Source of the DNA: a virus
Taxonomy: Duplodnaviria > Caudoviricetes
IMG/VR virus record: IMGVR_UViG_3300020043_001518
Location: 1-25,209 of that record
Reading direction: 5' to 3' (one strand)
DNA: 25,209 nucleotides
Shown here: piece after piece, positions 23,508-25,209 of the stretch
Layout of the letters: every line of letters starts with the position of its first letter
How positions within the stretch are numbered: the first letter of the stretch is position 1
The notes under the pieces: generated by a model
The model's database searches: none
The model's input: only the letters and a program-made list of their open reading frames with translations
What the model was told of the DNA's origin: nothing
Position numbers and translations under genes: made by a program

Positions 23508-23938
23508 TGCCATCACTACCATCTAACAGTAAGTGTTCAGAACTACGGTGCAAGAACCCTAGAAGTAGGCTTAACACCTACTGTTTAGAACATGGTGGCA
23601 TGGATAACATGGAACGGCGCGAAACCGATAGCGCCTACCAAACACCATTATGGAAAAGTATTAGGGCGGTACAGATAAGCAAACAACCCCTATGCCAAGG
23701 TTGTTTAGCGCGTGGCATAGTGACCGCGGCAAAGCACATTGACCACTTGTTTGCATGGAAGCACATAGGTGGGCAAGCCTTTTCACACAACATATTCCAA
23801 TCCCTTTGCCACAATTGCCATAGCCAAAAATCAGGGCTAGAAAAGCAAGGCATCTACAGGCACTACGCCCAAGACGGTGTTAAAGACTACAGTAAGCATG
23901 ACTACGCGTATATGGTGAAGAATGAACAAAGGGCATAA
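23507..23938 (+). CDS. HNH endonuclease (terminase-associated type)
   Basis: N-terminal C-x4-C...CLEH, PLCQGC...HIDH...FQSLCHNCHSQKS. Confidence 0.85.
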   Translation: MPSLPSNSKCSELRCKNPRSRLNTYCLEHGGMDNMERRETDSAYQTPLWKSIRAVQISKQPLCQGCLARGIVTAAKHIDHLFAWKHIGGQAFSHNIFQSLCHNCHSQKSGLEKQGIYRHYAQDGVKDYSKHDYAYMVKNEQRA

Positions 23939-24656
23939 ACACCAACCAAACGGCGCTAGTGTTGTTTATTGGATACATCGACCCGAACACACCGACATTA
24001 CCAAGCAAGGGTATGTAGGCATCACAAATAAGCGGGCGCGGGAACGGTGGGCGGAACATAGAAGGGCATCACGCAAAAATCCTGATGAACATTGCGCCGT
24101 TGTTAATCGTGCTATTTGTAAGTATCCCGATTTAATTTATGAAGTGGTGTTAGTAGCCGACACCCGTGAATACTGCGAACGAATAGAAGGATTGCTAAGA
24201 CCTACTAACGGCATTGGTTGGAACATTGCCCGTGGTGGTATGCCCGTTGATACGATGATGGGCGGCATAGCCAATAGGGAACGATGGATTAAATATTGGA
24301 TAGATAACCCTATTGAAGCGGCTAACCGTTGGTGGGATACCGAACAAAGATTGCTTAATAAACAGGCATTAGAGTATCGCAAGGCAAACAAACCCAAGGC
24401 ATTTACCAAAGAACGCAAGGTTAGTGCGCGTAACAAATCAGGTTATACAGGGGTTACTTGGTATGCAAAGTACGGCAATTGGCATAGTCAAATAGGTATA
24501 GGTGGAAAGCCTATTGGGTTAGGTTACTTTGATACCAAAGAAGAAGGTTATGCGGTCTATCTTGAAGCCAAAAAGATACGAACATTGCATAGGGAAGGCA
24601 CACTAAGTTTGAATGATGCAATTGAAGCAATTTGCGCGTTACAAAGCGGTTATTAG
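23922..24656 (+). CDS. GIY-YIG-like endonuclease with C-terminal AP2 DNA-binding domain
   Basis: VYWIH...GYVGIT..RARERWAEH...E...GWNIARGG; NKSGYTGVTW...WHSQI...LGYFDTKEE. Confidence 0.75.
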   Translation: MNKGHKHQPNGASVVYWIHRPEHTDITKQGYVGITNKRARERWAEHRRASRKNPDEHCAVVNRAICKYPDLIYEVVLVADTREYCERIEGLLRPTNGIGWNIARGGMPVDTMMGGIANRERWIKYWIDNPIEAANRWWDTEQRLLNKQALEYRKANKPKAFTKERKVSARNKSGYTGVTWYAKYGNWHSQIGIGGKPIGLGYFDTKEEGYAVYLEAKKIRTLHREGTLSLNDAIEAICALQSGY

Positions 24657-24670
24657 TACGAAAGACTTAA

Positions 24671-24832
24671 ATGACACGTTTAGTTATCAAAACATCTTCA
24701 GGCTTTGTAGTTTATGGCGCGTTCACTTGCATGATGCGTTTAGACACAAACGGCAACGTAATTTATTCCAACATGACACCCGATTCAAAAGAATTCAAAG
24801 CCATGTTGCGCACCTTCAAAAAATCAATCTAA
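24671..24832 (+). CDS. Homologue of 16510-16671
   Basis: MTRLVIKTSSGFVVYGAF...KSI*; 5 nt differences by manual alignment. Confidence 0.7.
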   Translation: MTRLVIKTSSGFVVYGAFTCMMRLDTNGNVIYSNMTPDSKEFKAMLRTFKKSI

Positions 24833-24873
24833 ACCAAACGGGGGCTTAGTCCCCCATCAAAGGACAAAACAAA

Positions 24874-24966
24874 ATGAAACAAAAAATCATCACAACTTTA
24901 ATTGAATGTGCTTTGGCAATCATCATTTTTGGTGGTTGGGGCGTACTGTTGGCTTGGAGGGGTTAA
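24874..24966 (+). CDS. Homologue of 16223-16315 (30 aa TM peptide)
   Basis: MKQKIITTLIECALAIIIFGGWGVLLAWRG*. Confidence 0.7.
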   Translation: MKQKIITTLIECALAIIIFGGWGVLLAWRG

Positions 24967-24968
24967 GC

Positions 24969-25160
24969 ATGAACTTTATTAACCGTGTTCAATCCCTGTG
25001 GCAATTGCCATCACCCAAAGAAATGGCGGCTAAAGAACTTGAAGAAGCCAAGCGCCGTTTTCTTGATGCTCAAAGCGGCATGGAATACGCCAAGCGCATG
25101 AGCGATTACCACGCCGACCGAATCAAACGCCTAACCAATTATTTAGAAAGCGCAGAATGA
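24969..25160 (+). CDS. Homologue of 16029-16220
   Basis: MNFINRVQSLWQLPSPKEMAAKELEEAKRR... Confidence 0.7.
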   Translation: MNFINRVQSLWQLPSPKEMAAKELEEAKRRFLDAQSGMEYAKRMSDYHADRIKRLTNYLESAE

Positions 25161-25209
25161 AACAAATTGCTACGGCATTGGTGCAAGCACAAAAGGCTTT
25201 TGCACCTGC
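25157..25209 (+). CDS. erf: Second ERF gene, N-terminal fragment (3' truncated)
   Basis: MKQIATALVQAQKAFAP identical in protein to 16032 gene with synonymous changes. Confidence 0.8.
   Translation, partial: MKQIATALVQAQKAFAP

Larger units (their letters stand above)
24668..25209 (+). repeat. Diverged inverted copy of ~15980-16674 (minus the 153-bp cassette)
   Basis: Reverse complement aligns gene by gene with scattered, mostly synonymous substitutions; runs off window end. Confidence 0.95.

Noticed and set aside
24654-24668. TAGTACGAAAGAC resembling the rRNA sarcin-ricin loop
   Set aside because: Lacks one loop nucleotide and a convincing closing stem; likely coincidence

Overview
25.2 kb fragment of a tailed dsDNA phage (lambdoid/siphovirus-like organisation; host not determinable from sequence). 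Layout: rightward late region (tape-measure C-terminus, distal tail/hub, GNAT, tail tip with S74 chaperone, long repetitive tail fibre, multi-component lysis cassette with M15A endolysin, 1-13759); leftward early region (MazG-like, SSB-like, YqaJ exonuclease, ERF recombinase and small ORFs, 13756-17792); Cro-like HTH gene, DUF1376 replication initiator, GREB1/TAGT-like glycosyltransferase, nin-like ORFs, HNH and GIY-YIG/AP2 nuclease (17940-24656). The most striking structure is an array of four ~100-bp regulatory repeats (16680-17905), each carrying an upstream box, a near-consensus sigma70 promoter with an overlapping TATAAG-N4-CT(T/A)ATA palindrome, a covarying 5' hairpin and an RBS, each driving a different small orphan gene directly upstream of the ERF/YqaJ recombination genes. 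The last ~540 bp are a diverged inverted copy of 15980-16674 that lacks one gene precisely between duplicated RBS sequences. Several candidate structured RNAs and near-total GATC avoidance are also visible. All calls are by eye from sequence and recalled family motifs; no searches were run.
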